Positions 1 through 10,160 of a DNA stretch of 64,000 nucleotides are shown here, piece after piece. Both the position numbers and the translations under genes were made by a program. The DNA comes from an uncultured delta proteobacterium (lineage in GTDB: Bacteria > Myxococcota > Myxococcia > Myxococcales > Myxococcaceae). A model generated the notes under the pieces. It did not search any database, had not been told where the DNA came from, and saw nothing but the letters and a program-made list of their open reading frames with translations. Positions within the stretch are counted from its first letter, which is position 1; each line of letters begins with the position of its first letter. The stretch covers positions 288,001 through 352,000 of the forward strand of contig CAVYSY010000033.1 in assembly GCA_963771175.1 (NCBI GenBank), written 5' to 3'.

Positions 1-1307
1 CGCGCCGCCTGGACCACATCAAGGAGGCGCGCGAGACTCAACCACAAGACGCATCGCCACGGACCCGCGAGCTCAAGCGCTTCGTGAAGGAGAACCAGAC
101 GCAGATGCGGGAGATCCTCTTCCAGCTCGACCCCATCAAGACGAAGCAGGCCGTGGAGCGGCTCCAGCAGCGTGCTGGGCACGCCAGGAGACGGACCTGG
201 GCAAGCTGCTCGCGCGCTTCTTCGACCACGGACGACGCCAACTTCGACGCGCGCTACCAGCTCTTCTACGCCGAGCTGGCGCCGCTGCTCGAGCTGTACC
301 GCGTGCGCATCGGGCGACACCCTCACCATCAAGGCCTTCACCCGCTCCGGCTACGTGCAGAGCGTCAACGTGAAGGTCTACGGCACCTTCCAGTTCAAGG
401 GCCTGGAGAAGTCGACGCTCGCCGGGACGCTCAGCCTGATGGACCTGATGACCTTCCGCGACCTGTACGGCTACCTCACCGCGGACAAGCAGGCCGAGCT
501 GGCCGAAGCTCAAGGAGGCCAGCGGCGCGCAGGAGGTCAAGCGCGAGGACGCCGAGGCCGCGCTCTTCGGCGACGGCGGCGCAGGCCGCCCTGGTGGCCG
601 ACGCCACGCCCGGGCTCATCGACGAGGACAAGCAGCTCGACGGCGTCGCCCAGAAGCTGCGCCGCGAGGACGCTGGCCAACCGCGTCTACACGCAGGAGG
701 AGATCGAGCAGGGCGTGGTGCTCAACGCCGCGGTCATCCTCAAGGACCCGGAGAAGCTGCGAGCAGACGCTGGCCGAGCTGCAGAGCCGCGGCGAAGGAC
801 GCGGGGCTGCACGCTGCAGGTCGTCGCCTGGCAGAAGGCCGCGGGCATCATCGGCCAGTTCGTCCTGGTGGCCGCCTGGTGCTCTACTTCGCCGTCTTCA
901 TCATCTTCGTGCGTCGCGCTGGTCATCATCAACAACGCGATGGTGATGGCCACGCTGCAGCGGGTGCAGCGAGATCGGCACCATGCGGGCCATCGGCGCG
1001 CAGCGCCGCTTCGTGCTGGCGATGGTGCTGGTCGAGACGCTGGTGCTCGGCCTCGTCTTCGGCTCGGTGGGCGCGCGCCGTGGGCGGCGCCATCGTGCGC
1101 TCCTCGGCGCGCGTCGGCATCCCCGCCAGCAACGAGGCGCTGTACTTCTTCTTCTCCGGGCCCCGGCTCTTCCCCAGCCTGACACGCGTCCAACCTCGTG
1201 GTCGCCTTCGTCATCGTGCTCGTGGTGAGCCGCCCTCTCCGCCTTCTACCCGGCGTTCCTCGCCACCCGCGTCACGCCCGCTCGAGGCGATGCAGTCGGA
1301 GGAGTGA
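1..1307 (+). CDS. ABC transporter permease, FtsX/MacB/LolE family (5'-partial, several frameshifts)
   Basis: Pieces across frames give the FtsX C-terminal signature (VIINNAMVMATLQR, GTMRAIGAQRRFVLAMVLVETLVLG, PLEAMQSEE-stop at 1307); the periplasmic part lies in ORF 172..1182. Confidence 0.8.
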   Translation, partial: RRLDHIKEARETQPQDASPRTRELKRFVKENQTQMREILFQLDPIKTKQAVERLQQRAGHARRRTWASCSRASSTTDDANFDARYQLFYAELAPLLELYRVRIGRHPHHQGLHPLRLRAERQREGLRHLPVQGPGEVDARRDAQPDGPDDLPRPVRLPHRGQAGRAGRSSRRPAARRRSSARTPRPRSSATAAQAALVADATPGLIDEDKQLDGVAQKLRREDAGQPRLHAGGDRAGRGAQRRGHPQGPGEAASRRWPSCRAAAKDAGLHAAGRRLAEGRGHHRPVRPGGRLVLYFAVFIIFVRRAGHHQQRDGDGHAAAGAARSAPCGPSARSAASCWRWCWSRRWCSASSSARWARAVGGAIVRSSARVGIPASNEALYFFFSGPRLFPSLTRVQPRGRLRHRARGEPPSPPSTRRSSPPASRPLEAMQSEE

Positions 1308-1312
1308 GCGCC

Positions 1313-2646
1313 ATGCAACAGCTCCTCCTCATCGCCGTCCGCAACCTCGCGCAGCCCACAAGCGCCGCACGCTGCTGCTGGGCGGCGCCATCGCCGGCGT
1401 CACCGCGCTGCTCGTCGTGCTCATGGGCGCTCGTCCGACGGCATGCAGGCGACGATGCTCGAGTCCGGCCACCACGCTGATGACCGGCCACGTCAACGTC
1501 GGCGGCTTCTACAAGGTCGACCGCCGGGCCAGTCCGCGCCGGTGGTCACCGACTACCCGAAGGTGCTGGAGCAGCTCGACGGCCAGGAGGTGCCCGAGCT
1601 GGACTACGTCGTGCAGCGCGGCCGCGGCTGGGCCAAGCGGTCAGCCGAGACCGGCTCGCATGCAGGTGGGCATGGGCGGCATCGACATGGCGCCGACGAG
1701 CCGGGCTTCCGCAAGGTGGTGCAGGTGCGCGAGGGCACGCTCGACGACCTCGCCCAGCCCAACACCATCGCTGCTCTTCGAGGAGCAGGCCAAGAAGCTC
1801 GGGGTGAAGGTGGGCGACACGCTCACGCTCTCGGCCCCCACCATGCGCGGCATCAACAACACCGTCGACGTGCGCGTGGCGGCCATCGCCACGAACATGG
1901 GCCTGCTGAGCTCCTTCAACGTCTTCATGCCCAACTCCACCGCTGCGCGACCTCTACCAGCTCGACGACGGACACCACCGGCGCCCTGCAGCTCTACCTC
2001 AAGGACATGCCGGCCATCCGCCGCCGGTCGCGGCGCGCCTGCGCAAGGCGCTGCCCGACGCAGGGCTACCAGCTGATGGAGCACGACCCCCAGCCCTTCT
2101 GCATGAAGTTCGAGACGGTCAACCGCGAGGACTGGACCGGCCAGAAGCTCGACGTCACCACCTGGGAGGACGAGATGTCCTTCATCAAGTGGACGCTCGT
2201 CCGCGCTGGATGCGCCTCACCGGCGTCCTCATCTTCGTGCTGCTCGTCATCATCGCGGTGGGCATCATGAACACGCATGTGGATCGCCATCCGCGAGCGC
2301 ACCCGCGAGATCGGCACGCTGCGCGCCATCGGCATGCAGCGCGGCTGCGTGCTGGTGATGTTCCTGCTCGAGGCGCTCGCTGCTCGGGCTGCTCGGCACC
2401 GCCGTGGGCGCGCGCGCTCGGCGTCGGCGCTGTGCGCTCGGCCTCAACGCCGCGCGACATCGCCGTGCCCGGTGGCCGTGCAGATCTTCCTCATGTCCGA
2501 CCACGCTGCACCTCGCCGTGCGACCCGGCTCGGTGCTGGCGCGCCGTCGCTCTTCATCACGCTGTGCACCACCGCTCGTCTCGCTGGTCCCCTCCTTCCG
2601 CGCCGCCCGGCTCAAGCCCGTCACCGCCATGCACCACATCGGGTGA
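1313..2646 (+). CDS. Second ABC transporter permease, FtsX/LolE family (frameshifted)
   Basis: ATG 1313 gives MQQLLLIAVRNL; later pieces RRTLLLGGAIAG, MWIAIRERTREIGTLRAIGMQR and PSFRAARLKPVTAMHHIG-stop at 2646. Confidence 0.8.
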
Positions 2647-2652
2647 TCGACC

Positions 2653-3452
2653 ATGCGCACTCGCGCCACCTCCTCGCCGCGCCGCGCTGGCTCGCGGTGC
2701 TGCTCGCCGCCCGCCGCCGCCGTCGCCCTCGACGCGGCCGCAGGATGACGCAAGCTGCTGCGAGACGCATCGACGACCGCCAGCGCAACAGCGGCGACTA
2801 CAAGTCGCTCGTCCTACATGGAGCAGAAGGAGAAGGACAAGGCCGACGTCGTGCTACGAGGCGGTCGTCTACCGCCGCGACGCCGACGACAAGCTGATGA
2901 TCCTCTTCACTCAAGCCCAAGGCCGAGGCCGGCAAGGGCTACCTGCGCATCGACAAGAACCTGTGGATCTACGACCCCAACGGTGGGCAAGTGGGAGCGG
3001 CGCACCGAGCGCGAGCGCATCGGCGGCACCGACTCGCGCCGCGCACGACTTCGACGAGTCGCGGCTCGCCGAGGAGTACGACCCGACGTACGAGGGCGAG
3101 GAGAAGCTCGGCAAGCCTTCACGGTCCACCAGCTCAAGCTCACGGCCAAGGAGGGCGTCGACGTCGCCTACCCGGTGGTGCAGCTGTGGGTCGACAAGGC
3201 CACCAGCAACATCCTCAAGCGCCAGGAGTTCGCGCTCTCCGGCCGGCTGATGCGCACCGCGCTACTACCCGAAGTGGCAGAAGCTCTTCAGCGAGTCGAA
3301 GAAGGCCGACGTCTGGTACCCGCAGGAGATGCGCTTCTACGACGAGGTCGAGAAGGCCAACTCCACGCTCGTCGCTCATCAAGACGGTGGACCTGCGGCC
3401 GCTCGACGCCAACCTCTTCACCAAGGCCTGGCTCGAGAGCAAGAGCCGATGA
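2653..3452 (+). CDS. Outer-membrane lipoprotein-sorting (LolA-like) protein (frameshifted)
   Basis: Signal-peptide-like start; pieces RERIGGTDSR, DFDESRLAEEY, VAYPVVQLWVDK, FALSGRLMRT, LDANLFTKAWLESKSR; typical position after a permease pair. Confidence 0.7.
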
Positions 3453-5025
3453 GCGCGCTCGCCACCTCGCGGCCTCGCCGCTGGCCGCGGCGCCTCGTCC
3501 GCGCCTGCCCGCGCTCGCCCAGGAGCGGCCCGACGAGGAGCGACCTCTTCGGCGGCGACCGCCCGACGCGCAGCCCGCCCGCCGAGCCGAGGCCCCGCGC
3601 CGACGAGCGCCGGCGACGAGCGCCGCCGGCGTCCGACGCGGCCCCGCCCCGAGCCGGCGACGCCGCGACCGACGCCGAGGCCGCGCGCTCGAGCAGAGGC
3701 GAGCCCGGCCGGCGGCCCGCGCCAGAGCGCCTTCGACACGGAGGAGGCCACCGAGGACCCGCTGCAAGATCGGCGGCCAGCTTCTACCTGCGCGCCACTC
3801 ACCCAGGGCGAGCGAGGGGCGTGTCCTTCGGCAGACACCTCCTTCTCCGCGCCGACGCTGGTGGACGGCTACTTCGACGCCCGCCCCACCGACCGGGTGC
3901 GCGGCTTCGTCCTCGGCCGGCTCACCTACGACCCGACGCCGCCGAGCTCGGGCGGCCTCACCGCTCGGGCACGACGTCCAGCCGCCGCCGAATCCGCGCG
4001 TGCTCGCTCGACCAGCTCTGGCTGCGCTTCGACGTCGGCCGCACGGTCGTTCGTCACCGCCGGCAAGCAGCACGTGAAGTGGGGCACCTCGCGCTTCTGG
4101 AACCCCACCGACTTCCTCAGCCCGCAGCGCAGGGATCCGCTCGCGCTCTTCGACGCGCGCACCGGCGCCACCATGCTCAAGCTGCACGTGCCCTGGGAGG
4201 CCAGGGGCTGGAACTTCTACGCCATCGGCCTGCTCGACAACGCCGGCCCCGCCAACACGCTGGGCCGCGTCGGCGGCGCGGCGCGCGCCGAGGTGGTGCT
4301 GGGTCAGACGGAGTTGGGGGTGGAGCGCGTGCTCCAGCGCGGCCGCAAGCCCCGCTTCGGCCTCGACCTCTCCTCGGCCCTCGGCCCCATCGACGTCTAC
4401 GGCGAGGTGGCGCTCAAGAAGGGCTCGGACACGCCCCTCTACCGCCTGCCCGGGGACGTCTCCATTGGACGACCTGCTCGGACAGGTGCAGGGCAACGGC
4501 GGCATGCCTCCGGACCTGAGCGCACTGCCCATCGAGCAGTACTACCCGGAGGGCTACACCCCGCAGGTGAGCGGCGGCGCTACCTGGACGTTCGCCTACA
4601 CCGACAACGACACCGCCACCGTGGGCGTCGAGTACTTCTACAACTCGACGGGCTACCCCACCTCCCTGGCCTACCCGTACCTCATCCTCCAGGGGCAGTT
4701 CCAGCCCTTCTACCTCGGCCGGCACTACGCCGCCCTCTACGGCCTGCTCGCCGGGCCGGGCTCCTGGGACAACACCAACTTCATCCTCTCCAACCTGGGC
4801 AACCTCTCCGACCGCTCCTTCATCACCCGCCTGGACGTGACGCACCGGGCGCTGCGCTACCTGAGCGTCGAGGCCTACGTCGCCGTCAACTACGGCCAGA
4901 AGGGCGGCGAGTTCCGCTTCGCGCTCGATCTGCCCGCCATGAGCATGGGCGGGCAGCCAATTCCTCCCATTGTCGTCGCCCCCCCGACCGTCCAGGCGGG
5001 CCTGGGTCTGCGCATCGACATCTGA
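3449..5025 (+). CDS. Putative outer-membrane beta-barrel partner of the ABC/LolA-like module (frameshifted)
   Basis: ATGA overlap with the upstream gene; LDQLWLRFDVG, TAGKQHVKWGTSRFWNPTDFL, alternating aromatic strands, C-terminal AGLGLRIDI. Confidence 0.6.
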
Positions 5026-5052
5026 AGCCGCGGGCGTGCCCATGGAAGAGGC

Positions 5053-6435
5053 ATGGACTGCTCTTCCGACGTGGTCATCCTGGGGGCCGGGGCCGCGGGG
5101 CTCGCCGCAGCGGATGGACTGGCCCGCGCCGGCCTCCAGGTGGTTGTACTGGAGGCCCGCGAGCGCCCCGGAGGCCGGCTGGGCACCGTGCATGACTCCG
5201 TGGACGGCGTGCCCCTCGAGCTGGGCGCGGAGTTCATCCACGGACAGCCTCCCGTCCTCATGAAGCTGGTCCGGCGCGCCCGGGTGAAGGTGCGCGTGTG
5301 CAACGACTCGCACGCCCTGCTCCGGCGCGGCGGGTTGGTGGACGGAGGCCCGGAGTTCGACTTCGTGGAGGATCTCGCCGCCGCCGAGCCCCCGGACCAA
5401 CCCGTGGGCCAGTGGATCGCCGAGCGCGCCCGCGTCGGCCGCTGGCCCGAGCGAAAGGTCCGCATGGCCCAGGCCTATGTGGAGGGCTTCTACGCGGCCA
5501 CCGTGGAGACGGCCAGCGCGCTCGCCATCGCCCGCATGGAGCGCGCGTCGATGGGGCTCGGAGGCATCGCGCCCTCACGCGCGCTGCAGGGCTACGACCG
5601 GGTGCTGGAGCCGCTCGTCCACGGGTTGCGGCGCCGGCCGGGGACCCTCTTCTTCAACGCCGTGGCCGAGCAGGTGCGGTGGTCGCCTCGGGGCGTCGAG
5701 GTACGCGCGAGGACCCGCGAGGGCTCACCCCTGGGCACCTTCCGCGCTCGGCGCGCCGTGGTGACACTGCCCGTGGGCGTGCTCAAGGCCGCGCCTCCCG
5801 AGCCAGGAGCGGTGAGGTTCATCCCTCGCATCCCGGAGAAGGAGCGCGCCCTGGCCCGGCTCGAGATGGGGCCCCTGGTGAAGGTCTTCCTGCGCTTCCG
5901 CACTCCCTTCTGGGAGGAGCGCGAGGAGACCCGGCGCTACGGCTTCTTCCATGCCCCCGAGCTGCCCATCCCCACCTGGTGGACGCTCTCGCCCCTGCAT
6001 TCGCGCTACCTCGTGGGCTGGGCCGGCGGTCCCGAGGCCGAGGCCCTCTCCCGGCTTCGCGAGGAGGAGGTGCTGCGACAGTCGATGGAGGTGCTCGCGC
6101 GGCTCTTCAGGCGCTCCCGGCGAGAACTCCAGGAGCAGCTCGAGAGCTGGCGCGTCCAGGACTGGCAACGCGAGCCGTTCACCCGCGGCGGGTACTGCGT
6201 CATTCCGTGGGGAGCGGTGGATGCCATGGAGGTCCTGGCACAACCGGTGCTGGGCACCCTGTTCTTCGCCGGTGAGGCCACCCACCTCGACGGAGAGGAG
6301 GGCACGGTGCATGGAGCGCTGGCCACCGGGCTCCGCGCGGCTCGGGAGGTGCTCGGAGCGACTCAGGGGGTCGGCAGGCCTACTCGAGGCTGGCGCGGTG
6401 CTGGAGATGCTCCTCGAAGGACGAGAGTTCGGTGA
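5053..6435 (+). CDS. Flavin monoamine oxidase family FAD-dependent oxidoreductase
   Basis: GAGAAG dinucleotide-binding motif, EARERPGGR, ELGAEFIHG, FFAGEAT, GTVHGALATG. Confidence 0.88.
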   Translation: MDCSSDVVILGAGAAGLAAADGLARAGLQVVVLEARERPGGRLGTVHDSVDGVPLELGAEFIHGQPPVLMKLVRRARVKVRVCNDSHALLRRGGLVDGGPEFDFVEDLAAAEPPDQPVGQWIAERARVGRWPERKVRMAQAYVEGFYAATVETASALAIARMERASMGLGGIAPSRALQGYDRVLEPLVHGLRRRPGTLFFNAVAEQVRWSPRGVEVRARTREGSPLGTFRARRAVVTLPVGVLKAAPPEPGAVRFIPRIPEKERALARLEMGPLVKVFLRFRTPFWEEREETRRYGFFHAPELPIPTWWTLSPLHSRYLVGWAGGPEAEALSRLREEEVLRQSMEVLARLFRRSRRELQEQLESWRVQDWQREPFTRGGYCVIPWGAVDAMEVLAQPVLGTLFFAGEATHLDGEEGTVHGALATGLRAAREVLGATQGVGRPTRGWRGAGDAPRRTRVR

Positions 6436-8314
6436 GCTCGAACCCCTGGGCGCGCAGCCCCCCCAGCGCCTGACGCGCCAGCTCGACATCGCCGTAGAAG
6501 ACGAGGAACCCCGCACCGCGCTTGCGCTGCTCGGGGGTCGCATCGGGCGCCCGCACCACTGCGGCCCAATAGCGGCTGGCCTCCGCGGGCGCACCGAGCT
6601 CATCCGCCACGACCGCCCGCTGGGCGGTGATCTCCGCGGGCTCTCCTTCGCGCTCGGGAGGAAGCGCGGCGAGCGTCTGCCGGGCGCGGAGGATGAACTC
6701 CCGCATCTTCTGCACCGTCTGCTTGTCGAGCACCTCCACGGAGTCGAGCTGCCGCTCGGCCTCGTCCCAGCGATGGGCGCGTGCGTAGACCATGGCCAGG
6801 TTGAGGCGAGCGCGGTGCCACTTCGGCATCCTGGCCACCATGTCCTCGAGGATGGCGATGGACTCCGCGTGACGCCCGAGCTTGCTGAGCGTCACGGCCA
6901 GGTTGTTGTAGGAGCGGGTCTCGGGAAACGCGGCCTCCTCGCGCACGCCCTGCTCGATGTAGCGCAGCGCCTGCGCGTAGCGGCCCTCGTCCATGAGGTA
7001 CCCCGCCAGGCCCTGCAGCACCTGCGTGTTGCCGGGGCTGCGCTCCTCGACCGCCGACTTCCACAACAGGTACTCGTCGACCCAGACACGGTTGCGCAGG
7101 TGGGTTGCGCCCACGAAGGCCACCAACAGCACCGCGAAGCCGCAGAGCGCCGCACGGGGAGCACGCCCGACCCCGTGCTCCACCGGACGCACGAACGCGA
7201 TGGCTCCCATCGCGAGCGGCACATAGAGGAAGCGATCCGCCGCGACCACCTTGATGTCCAGCGGGACGAGGTGGAGGACCATGACCAACGCCGTCATGCC
7301 CGCCACGAGCGCCCCCACCTGCACGGGAGTCAGGTGCGCGCGCCAGCGCCATGCCGCCAGGGCCACGCCGACGAGCAGGACACCTCCCAGGAGCCCCATG
7401 CCGACCCCCAGATGAAACAGGTCCCCGATCTGAAGCTCGGGCCTGAGCGGATCCACCAACATGCGGGCATAATGCGCGATCGCGACCAGACCCGCGCCGA
7501 GCCGGTGCACCAGCGGCAAGCGGATGCCAGGCTCGCCCTCGAACGCCGCATCCGCGAAGTGCGCATGCGCCCGGAACGCGCCATAGACGGCCACGGCCAC
7601 CACGAACGGCAGGATGTGCACCGCCACCCCAAGCAGCGGGCGCCTGTCGCGTCGCGCCTCGGCCACCTCCAGCGCCACGATGCCCACGAGAACCGCCGCG
7701 GCAACCTCCTTGCAAAACAGTCCGAGCAGGAGCGCGAGGGCCGCGAGCCCACGCCGCGCGTGTGCCCGGGGTGCCGTGCTGTAGAACAGCCACGCGCCAA
7801 GGGCGAAGAGTGCGGAAAGGAGATCCGTCCTCCCGGAGATCCAGCTCACGTTCTCGGTGAGCCGGGGGAACGTCCCGAAGAGCGCGGCGGCGACCGCGGC
7901 CGCGAGTGGCGAGCCTCCCGCCCTCCGGCACGCCGCGAAGACGAGCAGCGTGACGCCGAGGTGCAGCAGCAGGTTGGTCAGATGGAAGCCACCCGGCTGG
8001 CCGTTCCACGCCTGCCACTCGAGCGCATAGCTCCACGTCACGAGCGGGCGATAGAAGTTGCGTGACACCTTCAGCTTCAGCGAGTCGCTCCAGAACATCC
8101 GCTCGAAGTACGTGCTCAGCGGCGCCAGCTCGCGAACGATCTCCTGCTCCTCGATGAGCGAGTGGTCGTCCCAGGCGAAGCCGCCATCCAGCGCGTTCGC
8201 ATAGGCGGCGAGCACGGCGATGAGCGGGATGCAAAACACCCAGCGCCAGAGCCTGGCCGAGCGCGTGGGGAGCTGCTGCTCCGATGAGGAGGGATGGACC
8301 ACCGGGGTGCTCAT
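6380..8314 (-). CDS. Polytopic membrane protein with C-terminal TPRs (TMTC-like / GT-C fold glycosyltransferase)
   Basis: YANALDGGFAWDD loop, FYRPL, FHLTNLLLH, ENVSWISGRTD, ADRFLYVP, RNRVW, then TPR motifs (YNNLAVTL, ARLNLAMVY); start taken at ATG 8314. Confidence 0.75.
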   Translation of the reverse strand: MSTPVVHPSSSEQQLPTRSARLWRWVFCIPLIAVLAAYANALDGGFAWDDHSLIEEQEIVRELAPLSTYFERMFWSDSLKLKVSRNFYRPLVTWSYALEWQAWNGQPGGFHLTNLLLHLGVTLLVFAACRRAGGSPLAAAVAAALFGTFPRLTENVSWISGRTDLLSALFALGAWLFYSTAPRAHARRGLAALALLLGLFCKEVAAAVLVGIVALEVAEARRDRRPLLGVAVHILPFVVAVAVYGAFRAHAHFADAAFEGEPGIRLPLVHRLGAGLVAIAHYARMLVDPLRPELQIGDLFHLGVGMGLLGGVLLVGVALAAWRWRAHLTPVQVGALVAGMTALVMVLHLVPLDIKVVAADRFLYVPLAMGAIAFVRPVEHGVGRAPRAALCGFAVLLVAFVGATHLRNRVWVDEYLLWKSAVEERSPGNTQVLQGLAGYLMDEGRYAQALRYIEQGVREEAAFPETRSYNNLAVTLSKLGRHAESIAILEDMVARMPKWHRARLNLAMVYARAHRWDEAERQLDSVEVLDKQTVQKMREFILRARQTLAALPPEREGEPAEITAQRAVVADELGAPAEASRYWAAVVRAPDATPEQRKRGAGFLVFYGDVELARQALGGLRAQGFELTELSSFEEHLQHRASLE

Positions 8315-8476
8315 GGGGGAACTTCTATCGCGGCTCCCGCGGGATTCGGTAGCACTCCGGAAACCAGGCCCCGCATCCAGACTCGCGGGCCTGCTCGCTC
8401 GCCCAGGAGACGGGTTCCAGGGCCCCATCCTTCCCGTGTGTGCCGGAACGTCCCCCGGTGGACACGTTTGCGGGAG

Positions 8477-9046
8477 ATGAATGGCTGGCTCTCCATCTCC
8501 CTGACCCTGTTGCTCGGACAGACCCCCACGACCGCGCCCACCGAGGAGGAGCGACGCGCCGCCCAGGAGCTGGAGCTGAGGGAGCTCCAACTCCAGGTCG
8601 AGACCCTGCGGACCGAGACGGAGGCTCAACAGCAGGAGGACCAGAGCCGCATCCAGGCCCTGCAGCAGCAACAGGCCCTCCAGCAGGAGCGCGCGGGCGA
8701 GCTGGAGCAGCTCCGGCGGCAGCGCCTGGTGAGCCTGCAACGCGCCTACGACTGGCTCATCACCGCGGACCAGCTCCTCGAGAGCGGGGAGTTCGCCGTC
8801 GGCTCGCCCATCGCCTCCGCGCAGCAGGAGATCTCCAACGCCCTCTCCACCGCCTCCGACACCGGCCGTGGACAGACCGTGCGCCTCATGCAGAGCGCAC
8901 AGCAGCGGCTCTCCACCGTCAACGTCGCCGTGGCCCAGCGCGACATCTACCCGGCGCGACGGGAGATCCAGGCCGCTGGAGCCGAATTGCACGAGGCCTG
9001 GCGGCTCACCCTCAACCGCCCCGGCACCACGATCGTCAATCAGTGA
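8477..9046 (+). CDS. Hypothetical secreted coiled-coil protein
   Basis: GGGAG before ATG 8477, short hydrophobic N-terminus, Q/E-rich helical body. Confidence 0.6.
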   Translation: MNGWLSISLTLLLGQTPTTAPTEEERRAAQELELRELQLQVETLRTETEAQQQEDQSRIQALQQQQALQQERAGELEQLRRQRLVSLQRAYDWLITADQLLESGEFAVGSPIASAQQEISNALSTASDTGRGQTVRLMQSAQQRLSTVNVAVAQRDIYPARREIQAAGAELHEAWRLTLNRPGTTIVNQ

Positions 9047-10142
9047 AGGTGAAGTGCGGCGTGGCGCTGGTCGGCGGGCTCGCCGGCCTCGCGATCAGGT
9101 AGCCCTGCACGAAGTCCACCCCGTGCGAGCGCACCCAGCCCAGCTCCTCCGGCGTCTCGATGCCTTCGGCCACCGTGAGGATGCCCAGCTTCTGCGCCAG
9201 CTCCAGCAGCTTCTCCGTGATGGACGCCTTGTATGGATCCTGGTGGATGCCCCGGATGAGCTCCATGTCCAGCTTCATGATGTCCGGCCGGAGCTGGTGG
9301 ATGAGGTTCAGCGACGAGAACCCCGCTCCCAGGTCGTCCAGCGCCACCCGGAAGCCCGCCTGCCGGTAGTAGGCGATCAGCGACTTGAGGTGGTTGGCGT
9401 CCGGCGTGTGGTCCGACTCGATGATCTCGAACACCACGTGGCCCGGCGGGATGCCCAGCTCCGAGATGGCCGCCACCGTCGAGCGCAGGCAGAACGCCGG
9501 ATCGTAGATGGCCGTGGGCGTGAAGTTGATGAAGATGGGGACATTCAGCCCCAGCCGCGCCGCCTCGCGCACCGCCGACAGCCGCGCCGCCAGGTCCAGC
9601 TGGAAGAGCATGTCCGCGTCGCGCGCCAGCGTCAGCATCTTCCCCGGGAACACCAGCGACCCATCCCGCTCGAGGCCGCGCAGCAGTGCCTCGTAGGCGT
9701 ACACCTGGCGCGTGTCCTTCGCGTTGACGATGGGCTGGTAGTGGCTGGTGACCCGCTTCTCGGCCAGCATGTCCACCAACCACCCCGCCCGCGACATGGT
9801 GAGGAACTGCGTCAGCGAGCCCACCCGCGGGAAGTCCATCAGGCCGGGCTCCCCGTCACCCTGGAGGAAGAGCGCGCGCGTCGCCCGGGCCTCCTCGCCC
9901 GTCAGCGAGCCCACCACGTCCGCCACGAAGTTGCCCAGATGCGCACCCTCCAGCCGCACCGCCACGCACTGCGCCTCCGGCGTCACCTGGAACTGACGCC
10001 CGGAGTCGCCCAGCACGCGCACCAGCTTGCCAAAGCTGTGGCCCAGCGGCAGCCAGAGGAAGAGTCGGCCCAGGCCCTCCATCTCCAGCTTCTCCGGGAG
10101 GGACTCGCACCTCACACATGGCTTCGAAACGCTCTGAGTCAT
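9036..10142 (-). CDS. EAL-domain c-di-GMP phosphodiesterase with an N-terminal CxxC-containing domain
   Basis: HYQPIV, YEALLR, FIN, FEIIE, ALDDLGAGFSS, KLD, AEGIE, QGY motifs all present. Confidence 0.9.
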   Translation of the reverse strand: MTQSVSKPCVRCESLPEKLEMEGLGRLFLWLPLGHSFGKLVRVLGDSGRQFQVTPEAQCVAVRLEGAHLGNFVADVVGSLTGEEARATRALFLQGDGEPGLMDFPRVGSLTQFLTMSRAGWLVDMLAEKRVTSHYQPIVNAKDTRQVYAYEALLRGLERDGSLVFPGKMLTLARDADMLFQLDLAARLSAVREAARLGLNVPIFINFTPTAIYDPAFCLRSTVAAISELGIPPGHVVFEIIESDHTPDANHLKSLIAYYRQAGFRVALDDLGAGFSSLNLIHQLRPDIMKLDMELIRGIHQDPYKASITEKLLELAQKLGILTVAEGIETPEELGWVRSHGVDFVQGYLIARPASPPTSATPHFTFTD

Positions 10143-10160
10143 GCTTCCACTCAACCCTGG

